Part shown: piece after piece, positions 49,165 through 59,381 of the stretch | Position numbering within the stretch: position 1 is the stretch's first letter | Layout of the letters: every line of letters begins with the position of its first letter | NCBI GenBank assembly: GCA_903847975.1 | Contig: CAINFC010000242.1 | Coordinates: 13,187 to 77,186 of the forward strand | DNA: 64,000 nucleotides | DNA from: an uncultured Acidobacteriota bacterium | Lineage (GTDB): Bacteria > Acidobacteriota > UBA6911 > CAINFC01 | Direction of reading: 5' to 3' | Translations under genes and position numbers: made by a program | Notes under the pieces: generated by a model | What the model was told of the DNA's origin: nothing | Database searches by the model: none | The model's input: only the letters and a program-made list of their open reading frames with translations

Positions 49165-51360
49165 ATGAGCGCACCATCTTTATCCGGACCAGTCCTATCT
49201 TCCCGGGAAAAGGGCCGCGCGGCAGGCAAGGAGGAAAAATCCTCCTGGCTCATCCTGCTGCGAAGCTGGGTCGTATACCTTTCCCGGCCGGTCGATGTAT
49301 TCCGGCGGTACGAAAGACAGCAGCTGCGGCCGGACTTTCAAGCCGGCCTGACGGTGGCGGTCCTGATGCTTCCGCAATCCCTGGCCTTTGCGCAGATCGC
49401 CAACCTGCCCCCGCAGTACGGACTGTTCACCGCGATTGTCGCCAGTTGTTTCGGAGCCCTGTGGGGTTCCAGCAGCCACCTGCAGACCGGTCCAACCAAC
49501 ACCAGTTCCCTTCTGATCCTCTCGGTCCTTCTTTCTGTGGGCCATCCGGGATCCCCGGAATACCTGGCGGCGGCCGGCATGCTGGCCTTTATGGCCGGCC
49601 TTTTTCGCCTGCTGATGGGCCTGGCCCGGTTCGGCGTTCTGGTGAATTTTATCAGCGATTCGGTCATCATCGGCTTCACCACCGGAGCCGAATTCCTGAT
49701 CATCGTCCACCAGCTGCGTCACCTGCTGCGGATCGACATGCCGGAGAACCTCGATTTCCTCGCTACCCTGTCCCTCTTCTGGAGCAGGCTTCCCCAAGTC
49801 CACCCGCCAACCCTGCTCTTTGGAGGATCGCTTTTCCTGCTGTTGTTTCTGGGGCAGCGGTTTCTGTCCCGGTTTCCCACATCCATTTTCCTGGTATCCG
49901 CTTCGGCAGCGGCGGCCTTCGCTCTGAACCTGCAGCAGGAGGGCATTCGCCTGGTGGGTCCGATCGCCTACGATCTTCCCCGACCGGTGGCCCTGCCTGT
50001 TTTCGACTTCACCCTCTGGAGCCACCTTTCCAGCGGAGCTTTCGCTCTGGCTTCCATCGGACTGGTGGAAGCCACCAGCATCGCCCGAAGCCTGGCGGCC
50101 AAAAGCGGCGAAAAACTGGACAGCAACCAGGAGTTTGTCGGCCAGGGAATGGCCAATATGGCCTGCGGCTTCCTGTCGGGATATCCCTGCAGCGGCTCCT
50201 TTACCCGCTCCCTGCTCAATTTCAGCGCCGGAGCCCAAAGCCCGCTGAGCAACGTCTTCGCTTCCTTGATCCTGCTGCTTACCCTGCTGCTCTTTGCTCC
50301 CCTGGTGGGTTACATCCCGATGTCCGCCCTGGCGGCGTTAGTCATTCTCAACGCCTGCCGGATGACCAACTGGCGGGAAATCCGCCGGATATGGCAGCTG
50401 CGGCAGAACGACCGGATCATCATGATGGTCACCCTGGGAGCCACCTTCACCCTGCCTTTGCATGTCGCCGTACTGATCGGGATTCTCCTGTCTCTGGCCG
50501 TTTACCTGAGACAGACCAGCACGCCGCGCGTGCGCGAGGTGTTGCCGGACGAGAAATTCGAGGCTTTCGTACCCAGCCAGGAAAGGAAGGGCTGCCCGCA
50601 AATATCCATCGTGGAAATCCTGGGCGATTTTTACTTCGGCGCCGCCTCCTACGTGGAAGAGAAGGTTCGGATGCTGTTCCTGGGAAATCCGAGCCGGAGA
50701 TACCTGCTGCTGCGCATGCAGACGGTCGAGCACCTGGACATCAGCGGCATTCACGCCCTGGAGAGCATCGCCCAGATGTGCCGGAACCGGCACGGAGAGC
50801 TTTTCCTGACGCGGATCCGCCAGCCGGTACTGGAGGTAATGCGCCACACCGGCCTGATAGAGAAGCTGGGAGAGCACTGCTTTCTGATTCATGACAAAAA
50901 GGCGGTCGAGCACCTCTTTTACCGGGTGATCGATCCGGCGGTCTGCATTTACGAATGCCCGGTGCGCATCTTTCGGGAATGCCAGAATCTGCCCAAAAAC
51001 CTCTGGCAGGAACACCATGAGTGGAGAACCAGCGCTCCTACCCAGGAAATTCGTCTGGTCGAAGCCAGGGACTTGTGGAAATGGATGACCGGCGATTCCC
51101 CGCCCCTGGTCCTGGACGTGCGCGACAGCAAGGAATTTCGTATGGGGCATGTTCCGCACGCCAAACTGCTTCCGCTGCCGGTTCTGCTTTCGCAGCCCCC
51201 CTTGCTGGAAAAAGCCCGCCCGATCGTTCTGGTGTGCCGCGACCAGCGGCGGAGCGAGCGGGCCGCCGGTCTGCTGATCCAGCGCGGCTACTCCGAGGTA
51301 TCGGTCCTGCGGGGGGGACTTTACGCCTGGGAGGAGGCCAACCTGCTGATCGCCTTTTAA
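49165..51360 (+). CDS. SulP anion transporter fused to STAS, a Cys motif and a rhodanese domain
   Basis: PQSLAFA, GSFTRS; FGAA/DISG STAS motifs; CIYECP..FREC; DVR...GH.P...CRDQRRS. Confidence 0.9.
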   Translation: MSAPSLSGPVLSSREKGRAAGKEEKSSWLILLRSWVVYLSRPVDVFRRYERQQLRPDFQAGLTVAVLMLPQSLAFAQIANLPPQYGLFTAIVASCFGALWGSSSHLQTGPTNTSSLLILSVLLSVGHPGSPEYLAAAGMLAFMAGLFRLLMGLARFGVLVNFISDSVIIGFTTGAEFLIIVHQLRHLLRIDMPENLDFLATLSLFWSRLPQVHPPTLLFGGSLFLLLFLGQRFLSRFPTSIFLVSASAAAAFALNLQQEGIRLVGPIAYDLPRPVALPVFDFTLWSHLSSGAFALASIGLVEATSIARSLAAKSGEKLDSNQEFVGQGMANMACGFLSGYPCSGSFTRSLLNFSAGAQSPLSNVFASLILLLTLLLFAPLVGYIPMSALAALVILNACRMTNWREIRRIWQLRQNDRIIMMVTLGATFTLPLHVAVLIGILLSLAVYLRQTSTPRVREVLPDEKFEAFVPSQERKGCPQISIVEILGDFYFGAASYVEEKVRMLFLGNPSRRYLLLRMQTVEHLDISGIHALESIAQMCRNRHGELFLTRIRQPVLEVMRHTGLIEKLGEHCFLIHDKKAVEHLFYRVIDPAVCIYECPVRIFRECQNLPKNLWQEHHEWRTSAPTQEIRLVEARDLWKWMTGDSPPLVLDVRDSKEFRMGHVPHAKLLPLPVLLSQPPLLEKARPIVLVCRDQRRSERAAGLLIQRGYSEVSVLRGGLYAWEEANLLIAF

Positions 51361-51381
51361 TATAATTGAGGAACATAGGCC

Positions 51382-52359
51382 ATGACAGACATGCTAGACC
51401 AACTCCCCCGCAATCTGGGCCTGGACCTGATGCGGGCCACCGAGGCGGCCGCACTGACCGCCGCCCACTGGATGGGCCGGGGAAAGCGATCCGAGGCGGA
51501 TCACTCGGCATCCGCTTCCATTTTCGAAGCCCTGAAGCCTGTCGAAATGGATGGCTGCCTGGTGCTTGGCGAAGAGGCCCGGCTGCGGGAAAAAGCCTCC
51601 TTTCGGAGCGGGACAAAGTCCGGGAGTGGAGCAGGCTCCCCGGTTGATCTGATCCTGGATCCGATTGACGGGCGGCAGCTGCTGGCCAACGGATTTTCCG
51701 GTGCTATTTCCGTTCTCGCCGCCGTGCCCCGGGGAGCCTTCTGGGTTCCAAGCAGGGCCATCTATCTGGAAAAAATCGTGGTCAACGCCGAGGTGGCGGA
51801 GGCGCTGGTCCCGGAATGCATGAATGCGCCACCCGCATGGATCCTGGCCCTGGTGGCCCGGGCCAAAAAGAAAAAGGTAAGCGACCTGACCGTTTTCATG
51901 CTGGCCCGCCACCGTCACGAAGTTCTGATGGAGGAAATACGCATAGCCGGTGCCAGGGTCATTTTACGTTCCGACGGAGATATCGCCGGGGCGCTGATGG
52001 CGGCCTCGGAAAATACAGGGATCGATGTGCTGATGGGAATCGGCGGGGCCATGGAGGGACTTATTTCCGCCTGCGCGGTAAAGGCGCTGGGCGGCGGGAT
52101 GCTCTGCCGGCTGGCCCCCCAGAGTGCCGATGAGCGCCATTCCGTCCTGGAAGCGGGGCTCGATATCGAGCAGATTCTCTCCGTTCAGGAGATGGTGCGC
52201 AGCCGCTGCTTTTATTTTGTGGCTACCGGGATTACCGACGGACCCATTTTGCGCGGCGTCAGCTTTCAGGGGAGCAAAGCAGTCACCCATTCGCTCATTC
52301 TGCAGGGAGAAACCAGGACAAGAAGGAACGTCTTCGCCGAACACCGGATGGATATTTAA
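51382..52359 (+). CDS. glpX: Class II fructose-1,6-bisphosphatase homolog (divergent)
   Basis: RATEAAA, DPIDG, YLEK, DGDI, ATGITDG. Confidence 0.8.
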   Translation: MTDMLDQLPRNLGLDLMRATEAAALTAAHWMGRGKRSEADHSASASIFEALKPVEMDGCLVLGEEARLREKASFRSGTKSGSGAGSPVDLILDPIDGRQLLANGFSGAISVLAAVPRGAFWVPSRAIYLEKIVVNAEVAEALVPECMNAPPAWILALVARAKKKKVSDLTVFMLARHRHEVLMEEIRIAGARVILRSDGDIAGALMAASENTGIDVLMGIGGAMEGLISACAVKALGGGMLCRLAPQSADERHSVLEAGLDIEQILSVQEMVRSRCFYFVATGITDGPILRGVSFQGSKAVTHSLILQGETRTRRNVFAEHRMDI

Positions 52360-52445
52360 AAATAATATTTATTGACTACTTGTTATATGCCTTTTTTTCA
52401 AGTATATTATCAGCCATAAGGGTACCTTAGGAACATTCTTTGATT

Positions 52446-52958
52446 ATGAGGATTCAATCCATCATGCGATATAGGTATTTTTATTCGGCTGTCTGTTGCT
52501 TTCTCCTGCTTTCATTCTGCCTGAAAGCCCAACCTGCGAAGATGCCTGCCGGTGAGTTTAACGCCGGCTACAGCTTTCTGGACCAGGGTCAATCCACCTT
52601 TAACGAACATGGATTCCAGATCGGCCTGACGGCCAATGCCAACCCCTGGTTTGCGGTGGAAGGGCAGTTCGACGCCTGGATATCCGGGGACCATGATGCC
52701 TATGCAATCACCGGGGGACCCAGGTTCTCCTGGCGTACCAGGCATGTAACCCCTTACGTTCATTTCCTGGTGGGGGGAGTTATCTCCCGTCTGGCTGGCA
52801 ATACCGAAGGCGACTTCGCCCTCAAATACGGCCTCGGAGTGGATATCGCCATCACCAGGCATTTTTCATGGCGCGTCGAAGGAAACGATGTCGTTCTGGT
52901 CAGACCGGAAAAACACTATTTTCAACTCAGCACCGGCATGGTTTACCGGTGGTATTGA
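52446..52958 (+). CDS. Small outer-membrane beta-barrel protein
   Basis: Signal peptide; GGPRFS, PYVHFLVG, GLGVD, STGMVYRWY; start uncertain. Confidence 0.8.
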   Translation: MRIQSIMRYRYFYSAVCCFLLLSFCLKAQPAKMPAGEFNAGYSFLDQGQSTFNEHGFQIGLTANANPWFAVEGQFDAWISGDHDAYAITGGPRFSWRTRHVTPYVHFLVGGVISRLAGNTEGDFALKYGLGVDIAITRHFSWRVEGNDVVLVRPEKHYFQLSTGMVYRWY

Positions 52959-53049
52959 AAAATTCGGGTTTCATCAATCCCCCGGTCTCGTGGTATGATT
53001 ATAAGAGTCCTGAAAAAGTAATAACCGAATTCATAATTAATCAACCAAC

Positions 53050-53898
53050 ATGCCTATTCCTGCTGACTTTCTGAATAAAATACAGCGGCTGGAACCTCTT
53101 CCGATCACCATCCAGAAGATGATTCCGGCACTCAATGACGAAGACGTTTCCCTGGCCGAGATTGCGCGCATTATCGAATTCGACCAGGCAATCGCCTCCA
53201 ATATTCTGAAAATTGCCAACTCAGCCCTGTATGCCGGTTGGTTTCAAATAACCAGTCTGCGGGATGCGGTTATGCGCCTGGGCACCAACGTTATCCTGGA
53301 ACTGGTTCTTGGCCAGTACCTGAAAAAGATCACGGTGGCCGCCCCGATGTACGACCTCACCGAGGATGACCTCTGGCTGCACGGCGCGGTAACATCCATG
53401 GCTATCAACCTCCTCGCCAAGGAGTGCCCCAAAGCCGGTATTCCCCCGGCAGCGCCCATCGCCGGCCTGGTGCACGACATCGGCAAGCTGATCATGGTGC
53501 GCTATCTGCAGGTGGAGGTTTTTACGATTCTGCAGCGCTGCAATGAAAAAGGCATTACCTTCGTGGAAGCGGAGCAGGAGCTGTTCGGATTCGACCATGC
53601 CGAAGTCGGAGCCACCGTCGCAAAAAAATGGAACTTCCCCGCCGAAGTCACCCTGGCCATCGAAAACCACCACAAAAACCCGGTTCCAGACACCCACCCG
53701 ATCATCGATGCCGTAGTTATTGCCAACCTGGTGGCTAAAACCGTGGGGATCGGCCTGGGTGCGGAAGGAATGAATTTCACCATCGACCACGCCTGCCGCC
53801 AGCGGCTGGGACTCAGCTTTGAAGCCTTCTGCCGGATCAGCGCCGCCACAGCGGTTTCGCTGAACGACTTGAAGACCGCCTACGGAATCAAACAGTAG
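53050..53898 (+). CDS. Stand-alone HDOD domain protein
   Basis: DQAIAS..LKIANS, HDIGK, DHAEVG, WNFP. Confidence 0.9.
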   Translation: MPIPADFLNKIQRLEPLPITIQKMIPALNDEDVSLAEIARIIEFDQAIASNILKIANSALYAGWFQITSLRDAVMRLGTNVILELVLGQYLKKITVAAPMYDLTEDDLWLHGAVTSMAINLLAKECPKAGIPPAAPIAGLVHDIGKLIMVRYLQVEVFTILQRCNEKGITFVEAEQELFGFDHAEVGATVAKKWNFPAEVTLAIENHHKNPVPDTHPIIDAVVIANLVAKTVGIGLGAEGMNFTIDHACRQRLGLSFEAFCRISAATAVSLNDLKTAYGIKQ

Positions 53899-53918
53899 GA
53901 GCGGATCGCACGGCGCCC

Positions 53919-54428
53919 ATGGAAAGCAATCCGTCGCCACTGGTGGGCATCGTTATGGGATCGGTGTCCGACTGGCCGGTCATGGAAAACGCCTCCAAAA
54001 CCCTGGCTGCTTTTGGCCTGGCCCACGAATGTCGCGTTTTGTCGGCCCACCGCAGCCCGGACGCAGCCCTGGAGTACGCCCGGACCGCGGAAGTACGGGG
54101 GCTGAAGGTCCTGATAGCCGCTGCCGGCATGGCGGCCCACCTGGCGGGGGTTCTGGCAGCCAAGACCCACATCCCTGTCCTGGGGGTCCCGATGGAGTCC
54201 AAACCGCTGCTCGGCATGGACGCTCTCCTTTCCATGGTTCAGATGCCCCCGGGGATCCCGGTGGCCACCTTCGCCATCGGAAAAGCCGGGGCCGTCAACG
54301 CCGCACTGTTCGCCGTATCGCTGCTGGCCCTCGAAAATGCGGCCCTTCGCCAGGCATTGCTTGCCTACCGCGAAAACCAGACCCGTACCGTTCTTTCCCA
54401 GATACTTCCCCCCGCTATTACTCCGTAG
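53919..54428 (+). CDS. purE: N5-carboxyaminoimidazole ribonucleotide mutase
   Basis: MGSVSD, SAHRSP, AAHLAG, QMPPGIPVAT. Confidence 0.95.
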   Translation: MESNPSPLVGIVMGSVSDWPVMENASKTLAAFGLAHECRVLSAHRSPDAALEYARTAEVRGLKVLIAAAGMAAHLAGVLAAKTHIPVLGVPMESKPLLGMDALLSMVQMPPGIPVATFAIGKAGAVNAALFAVSLLALENAALRQALLAYRENQTRTVLSQILPPAITP

Positions 54429-54513
54429 CGCTTCCGAAGTACCATCTGGAAATCGACGTGATCCAGGAGATGTTTCGGCAGGTTTCGGATCAACCGCCGC
54501 GGGAGTACCTACT

Positions 54514-55686
54514 ATGAATCCGAGCATGAATTTTTTCTTCGCTGTCATCGCCTTGCTGAATGTTTCGCTTCTGATTCTCGTCTTGTGGAAGTCGCGCGGC
54601 AACCTTAAAATAGGGCAGAATGCGCTGCAAAAGGTCTTCCCAAATCAGGAAGACTGGAAAAAGCTGCAGTGGGGCAAAAAGGTACCCTTTACCTATCAGG
54701 GCCGAAACTTTCTCTGCCAGTACGGACGGGGAGGCAAAAACAATTCGGCCGATTTTTCGATGAGCCTTCCCGGTGTTGTCTGGCCTTCCCTGGGAGTGCA
54801 GAAGGAAAATGCATTCCACCGCTTTTCCAAGAGGATCGGACTGACCGCTGAACTGGAATCGGGCGACCGGGTTTTTGACGAGCAGTTCTTCGTCGATACC
54901 GCTGACATGTCGTTTTATCGCTATGTCCTTTCGTCTCCGTCCCGCCGGGAGGCGATTGGCCGCCTGCTGACCGGCATTTCGCCGCCCGTCCGGCAGATCA
55001 AGGCCGATAAAAAAGGAATTACCCTGTGGATCCGTCCTTTCCGGCTCAAGCCGGAGGCCGATTTCCATCTGGAGCCCTACCTTGATTCCCTTCTGTGCCT
55101 GGTGGACGGCCTCGAAATCTCCACCGCCGGCGCACCGCACGAGGAGCCGGAGGGGAGCGGATTCCTTTCCCGAACCATATTACTCTTTGTCCTGTCAGTC
55201 GCAGCCCTGATAACCGGCGTCATTCTTCTGACCTTGGGCAACCTCTGGTACCCGCCGCTGGACTCCGAATTTTTTACCAGGGGCTTTACCTATAGTCTAC
55301 CGTTATTACCTCCCTTCTGGTTCCTTTCGTATCTGGCTATCCGGGGAAAGTCCTGGTCTCACCGCCTCTTCTTTCCGTTGATCCTTATTTCCCTTGTGGC
55401 CTCGCTCTTCCTGGGCTACGCCGGAATGCTTTTCACCAACGGCTTTTGGGATGAGAGCCGGCCGGCCGACCATACCTGCACGGTGCAGGGCAAGCACATC
55501 ACCAAAAGCAAGGACAGCCGCACCTTTTATTTGACCATCAGCTCCTGGAACGATCCCGGAGGATCCTACCGGATCAATATATCCGGCAAGCTTTATGAAA
55601 AGCTGCAGGCGGGGCAGACTCTGCGCATCACCACCCGCGCCGGCTACTGGGAGCAGGAGTGGATTGTGAAGATCCACGACCCTTAA
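54514..55686 (+). CDS. Membrane protein of unknown function
   Basis: GGAG RBS; N-terminal TM, soluble domain, three further TMs. Confidence 0.7.
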   Translation: MNPSMNFFFAVIALLNVSLLILVLWKSRGNLKIGQNALQKVFPNQEDWKKLQWGKKVPFTYQGRNFLCQYGRGGKNNSADFSMSLPGVVWPSLGVQKENAFHRFSKRIGLTAELESGDRVFDEQFFVDTADMSFYRYVLSSPSRREAIGRLLTGISPPVRQIKADKKGITLWIRPFRLKPEADFHLEPYLDSLLCLVDGLEISTAGAPHEEPEGSGFLSRTILLFVLSVAALITGVILLTLGNLWYPPLDSEFFTRGFTYSLPLLPPFWFLSYLAIRGKSWSHRLFFPLILISLVASLFLGYAGMLFTNGFWDESRPADHTCTVQGKHITKSKDSRTFYLTISSWNDPGGSYRINISGKLYEKLQAGQTLRITTRAGYWEQEWIVKIHDP

Positions 55687-55793
55687 AGCGCAGAGCGGTC
55701 GCGGAGCCCAACATACCGCGATCTCCGTGGTCCCCAGCCGAATGGACCACTCCGCCCCTCCGGCTGGCCCGTTCAAACGTCCGTAATTCTCGC

Positions 55794-55885
55794 GTGCGCG
55801 CTAAACCGTAACCGTCTCCCAAACGGAATCTGTTTGGGAGTTTCAGCACCAGACTGCGTGCTGCAGGCAGGTTTCAGCTTGTACC
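55794..55885 (+). mobile_element. Possible group II intron 5' remnant (start of domain I)
   Basis: GTGCG followed by hairpins CTCCCAAAC/GTTTGGGAG and CAGCAC/GTGCTG; no RT ORF or domain V. Confidence 0.4.
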
Positions 55886-55966
55886 GCGCAAGCTTGTACG
55901 AAACGAAAAAGACTATTGCGAGGTAATAGAGAGCGAGCTTCCGCCAAACGGCGGGTGCATTCCGGC

Positions 55967-56815
55967 TCAGGCGCCCTCCCCGGCAAGCGGCTCCAGCCGA
56001 ACCTTGCGCAGCGCCATCGCCCCGTCTCGCTGCACCGTCCGCGAAAACCGGATGGCCGGATATCCGAAAAGCATGGCATAGTAAACGTGCCCCGGCGGAA
56101 GGTCCAGCAGAGACTTGAGTTCGGGAAGCATTTCCAGGATCATTTTCAGGAAGCCCCACCATACGGTACCCAGGCCGGCACACTGGGCCAGCATCTCGAA
56201 GTAAGCCAGGCTGAGGGGAACATCCTGCTCGGCACAGGGAGCCTCGGGCGGGGCCGAAACCAGGAGAGCGTGCGGGGCACCGCGGAATATCATGGCGCCC
56301 ACTGCGGCCGGGTCGACCGCAAACATTTCCTTCATTTGGGAATACCGGTCCGGTAACCTGGATAGCGCCCCCCCGAGCACCGCCAGGACCTTCTGTTCGA
56401 GACGCCGCATGGTTTCCAGCTCGTCAATCAGGGTGAACGTCAGTTCCATGGCGTTGACCCCCGTGGGCACGTTGGCCAGGTCCGCCATCAGGCGCTGGAG
56501 CAGATCGGCGGGAACGTTCTCCTGTCGATAGTGCCGAACACTCCGCCTCCCCCGGAGGAGCGTTTCCATCTGCTCGAAGGAGGGGCCGCTGTCCGGCGAA
56601 AGGGTACGGCTGTTCCCGGGATGCAGTCCGAAGATGGAAACAGCCCCAGAAGGGCAGACCGCCAGGCAATGCTGGCAGGCGCAGCATTGCTCCTCTTTTT
56701 CGGGAGCGATAAAAGGTACCGCATCACCGAACCGGGCGATGATCCCGCGGACACAGTCACGCACGCAGGTATGGCAGCGCGTGCAAAGCGAATCGTCAAT
56801 ATGGAACTGGAGCAT
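55967..56815 (-). CDS. Nitroreductase with N-terminal 2x[4Fe-4S] ferredoxin domain
   Basis: CTRCHTCVRDC; CCACQHCLAVCP; RRSVRHY; GGAGG RBS. Confidence 0.92.
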   Translation of the reverse strand: MLQFHIDDSLCTRCHTCVRDCVRGIIARFGDAVPFIAPEKEEQCCACQHCLAVCPSGAVSIFGLHPGNSRTLSPDSGPSFEQMETLLRGRRSVRHYRQENVPADLLQRLMADLANVPTGVNAMELTFTLIDELETMRRLEQKVLAVLGGALSRLPDRYSQMKEMFAVDPAAVGAMIFRGAPHALLVSAPPEAPCAEQDVPLSLAYFEMLAQCAGLGTVWWGFLKMILEMLPELKSLLDLPPGHVYYAMLFGYPAIRFSRTVQRDGAMALRKVRLEPLAGEGA

Positions 56816-56887
56816 GCTGTCCTCCTATTCTGTCCTCAGGAATCCCCAAGGCCAAGGAATGTCTAATCTCTTTTTTTCCGGAAGCAT

Positions 56888-56913
56888 AAAAAGCCGGCAT
56901 TCGCTAATGCCGG
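56888..56913 (-). terminator. Intrinsic terminator
   Basis: CCGGCATT-4 nt-AATGCCGG followed by CTTTTT on the minus strand. Confidence 0.65.
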
Positions 56914-56922
56914 GGCACCGGA

Positions 56923-59010
56923 TTACCGGAAAACAAACGGCAGAAAAAGCTGTTCCCAGAACAGGGCCACCTTCAGGTTTCCATCGCTGTAATAGGTGTC
57001 CTCCTCATAATAGGCCAGAATCCCCTGCCCTTTCGAATTGAAGGCCAGAGAGACATAAATGCCTTCATCCAGGGAAGGGCCGCCGGCGTCGACCAGGCGG
57101 CTCTGCCAGAAATTCAGAGCTCCGCACGTGCCCAGCTCCGGAATTTCCAGACGCCGGGCCACTTTCAGCTTCGCCGAAGCCTGCTCCTCGGAAGCATCCA
57201 TATAGGCAACCAGGGGCGTTCCGTTCGAATCGACACTCAGGGAAATACCTGCGTTGCCAGTAAGGCCTGCCCCCATGGAGTCGACCGCATCGCACTGCCA
57301 GTACCGAAAGCCGAAGAGGAGAGGCCCGCAATTGCCGACTGTACCGTGGAATTCCGCCATTTTCAGCTTCCCGTTGGTCCGGTCATAATAGGCGATGCGG
57401 GTGGTGTCCGCTCCCCCCTTGCTCGCATGCAGGGAGGGAAAAAGACCCACATCTCCCGTAGAGTCCAGCACGTCGCATCGCCACGAATTGCCGGGGCCGC
57501 AATTCCCGCAGGCGCTGCTGCCGCAAACCCAGGAGTAGCGGAGGTCGCCGTTGCTGCGGTCATAGGAGGCGACGCCCGCCAGGTTGTTTCCGTAAAGATC
57601 CAGGGACACATAAAGGCCGTAATCGTCGGCGGACGCAGAATCGATCACCTCGCACTGCCACCTTCCGGCACTGCCCGCGCAGTTCCCGCCACTGCCGACA
57701 AAGGATGCATATTTCAACTGAGAACAGTGTGCTCCACAGGAGCCCTGGTAGGCGATATGCGCGGTTCCGCTGCTGTCGAATTTCAGGGAAGTGTGATGGA
57801 CCTGGCTCAGCGAATTATCCACCACATCGAAGGTCGTGCTGCAGCCCAGGATATTGCAGGAGAGAAGGTAGTATTGGAGCGCATGGTTGGCCTCATCGAC
57901 ATAGCTGATCGCCCGCTTCCAAATAAAAGGGGCATAGCGCAAAGCCAGCGAGTTGTACTTGCCGACGCTCGGGCCGCTGTCGATCGTCTGGCATGACCAG
58001 CTGTACCCCGGACCGCAAATCCCTCCGGATTTCACCGGGTGGGCCAGGCGAAGGCGCCCGCCGGAGGCGTCGTAATAGCTGACGTAAGGAGTGTTGTCGC
58101 TGCTGTCGATTCCGACAGAGGCGTACCGGCCCTGATCCAGAGTCGAATCGACGGTCTGCACCTTCCAGGGATTCATGGGTGGAGCAGACCGGCAAACTCC
58201 GCCGGCATCGGCGGGTGCGAAGTTGATGGCCGTCGGCTTTACGCTGCAGAAGCGGGCCCGGAACGTGTTGAGCCCGGAGAGGTGCCAGCTGATGATGTCC
58301 TGTTTCTCTGTGGCGCTCTGACACGAAATGCCGACTTGAATATCTCCGTACAGCCAGCTTTTCTCCAGCCACCACTGCACGCCGAAAGAGCTGAGGTTGC
58401 CCGGGTTGTAATTATTGTCGTCGATGAAGCGGTTACCCTCCGCATCCCAGGAGCAGTCATGCGAAGGCCCAAGCAGGTGGCGGGCCTCATGAGCAAAAAA
58501 GCCGATCGTTTGAGAAATGCCCTGCCAGGTCCGGTCCCAGTTCCTGCCGGAGTCTTCCTCGGGTATCATTTCCATATAGAGTCCGTCGGCCAGCGCTTCG
58601 CAGCATTGCCCGCTAACTCCCTTATCCAGCAGTTTGATATCGAAGCCCTTGATCTGCGATTTCAACCAGGGGTAAAGCGCGCCGGAAGTCCAGGGGAGGT
58701 GTCCCGACTGACCCTTATCCATGTAATACATGACCCGAAGGCTCTGCAGAATGATCAGATCGTCCGAATATTGGGAGATGGGCATGGCGGAAACCGGCTC
58801 GCTGCAAACGATGCTGTCCATGGATAGGATCGTGTCCACATTATGCCGGATGGTGAAGTCCATTTTGATCTGGCTGTAAATCGGATCGTTTACCGGGCAG
58901 GTATCCAGGAATTTTTTAATGTCCCCGATCGAGGCATCCGCAGAAAGGCTGCAGAAAAAAACGGCAAAGAAACCGCCTATCAACGGGATAATACCTATTC
59001 TTTTTCCCAT
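56923..59010 (-). CDS. Secreted Cys-rich protein: HExxH domain plus beta-propeller
   Basis: AGGAG RBS; signal peptide; AHEARHLLGPSH; repeats GxCG...WxCxx(I/L/V)D; C-terminal LFLPFVFR. Confidence 0.75.
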   Translation of the reverse strand: MGKRIGIIPLIGGFFAVFFCSLSADASIGDIKKFLDTCPVNDPIYSQIKMDFTIRHNVDTILSMDSIVCSEPVSAMPISQYSDDLIILQSLRVMYYMDKGQSGHLPWTSGALYPWLKSQIKGFDIKLLDKGVSGQCCEALADGLYMEMIPEEDSGRNWDRTWQGISQTIGFFAHEARHLLGPSHDCSWDAEGNRFIDDNNYNPGNLSSFGVQWWLEKSWLYGDIQVGISCQSATEKQDIISWHLSGLNTFRARFCSVKPTAINFAPADAGGVCRSAPPMNPWKVQTVDSTLDQGRYASVGIDSSDNTPYVSYYDASGGRLRLAHPVKSGGICGPGYSWSCQTIDSGPSVGKYNSLALRYAPFIWKRAISYVDEANHALQYYLLSCNILGCSTTFDVVDNSLSQVHHTSLKFDSSGTAHIAYQGSCGAHCSQLKYASFVGSGGNCAGSAGRWQCEVIDSASADDYGLYVSLDLYGNNLAGVASYDRSNGDLRYSWVCGSSACGNCGPGNSWRCDVLDSTGDVGLFPSLHASKGGADTTRIAYYDRTNGKLKMAEFHGTVGNCGPLLFGFRYWQCDAVDSMGAGLTGNAGISLSVDSNGTPLVAYMDASEEQASAKLKVARRLEIPELGTCGALNFWQSRLVDAGGPSLDEGIYVSLAFNSKGQGILAYYEEDTYYSDGNLKVALFWEQLFLPFVFR

Positions 59011-59381
59011 GGCAACTCCTATCCCCTTGTGCCAAAGAGGCTCCCCCCGCTTCTCCGAGCTGTAACCAGCCGCATAGTCTGACAGCATTTTACACATCGG
59101 CCCGCAACCGGTCAAATCGCGGGGATCGCGGCCGGAGTTCTTGACCCTCTTTACCAATCTGCTCCATGACTCGTGCCGGGTGCCCGTCGCCCCTCCGTTT
59201 CCCGACTGTCCGCCTGAACCGCTGCCCTCGAGGATTCGCAACCAATGAGGAACGGGCCAGCCGGGGATCGCGCCATGGGCTGTGTACCGTCCTGCTTGCT
59301 TTGCCCCCTTCCGCACTGTAGAATAGCCCGGTGAACGGACGAACACCATACTCAGGCTTAGGCACCGCAGGTCGGCGGCGG

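Noticed and set aside
45566-51360. Selenoprotein (in-frame TGA) near selA
   Set aside because: trxB has CATC, neighbouring ORFs are full length, and no TGA-split gene or tRNA-Sec was seen.
55687-55966. tmRNA, RNase P RNA or HDV-like ribozyme
   Set aside because: No tRNA-like acceptor or T-arm ends, no GAGGAAAGTCC, and too few elements for the nested HDV fold.
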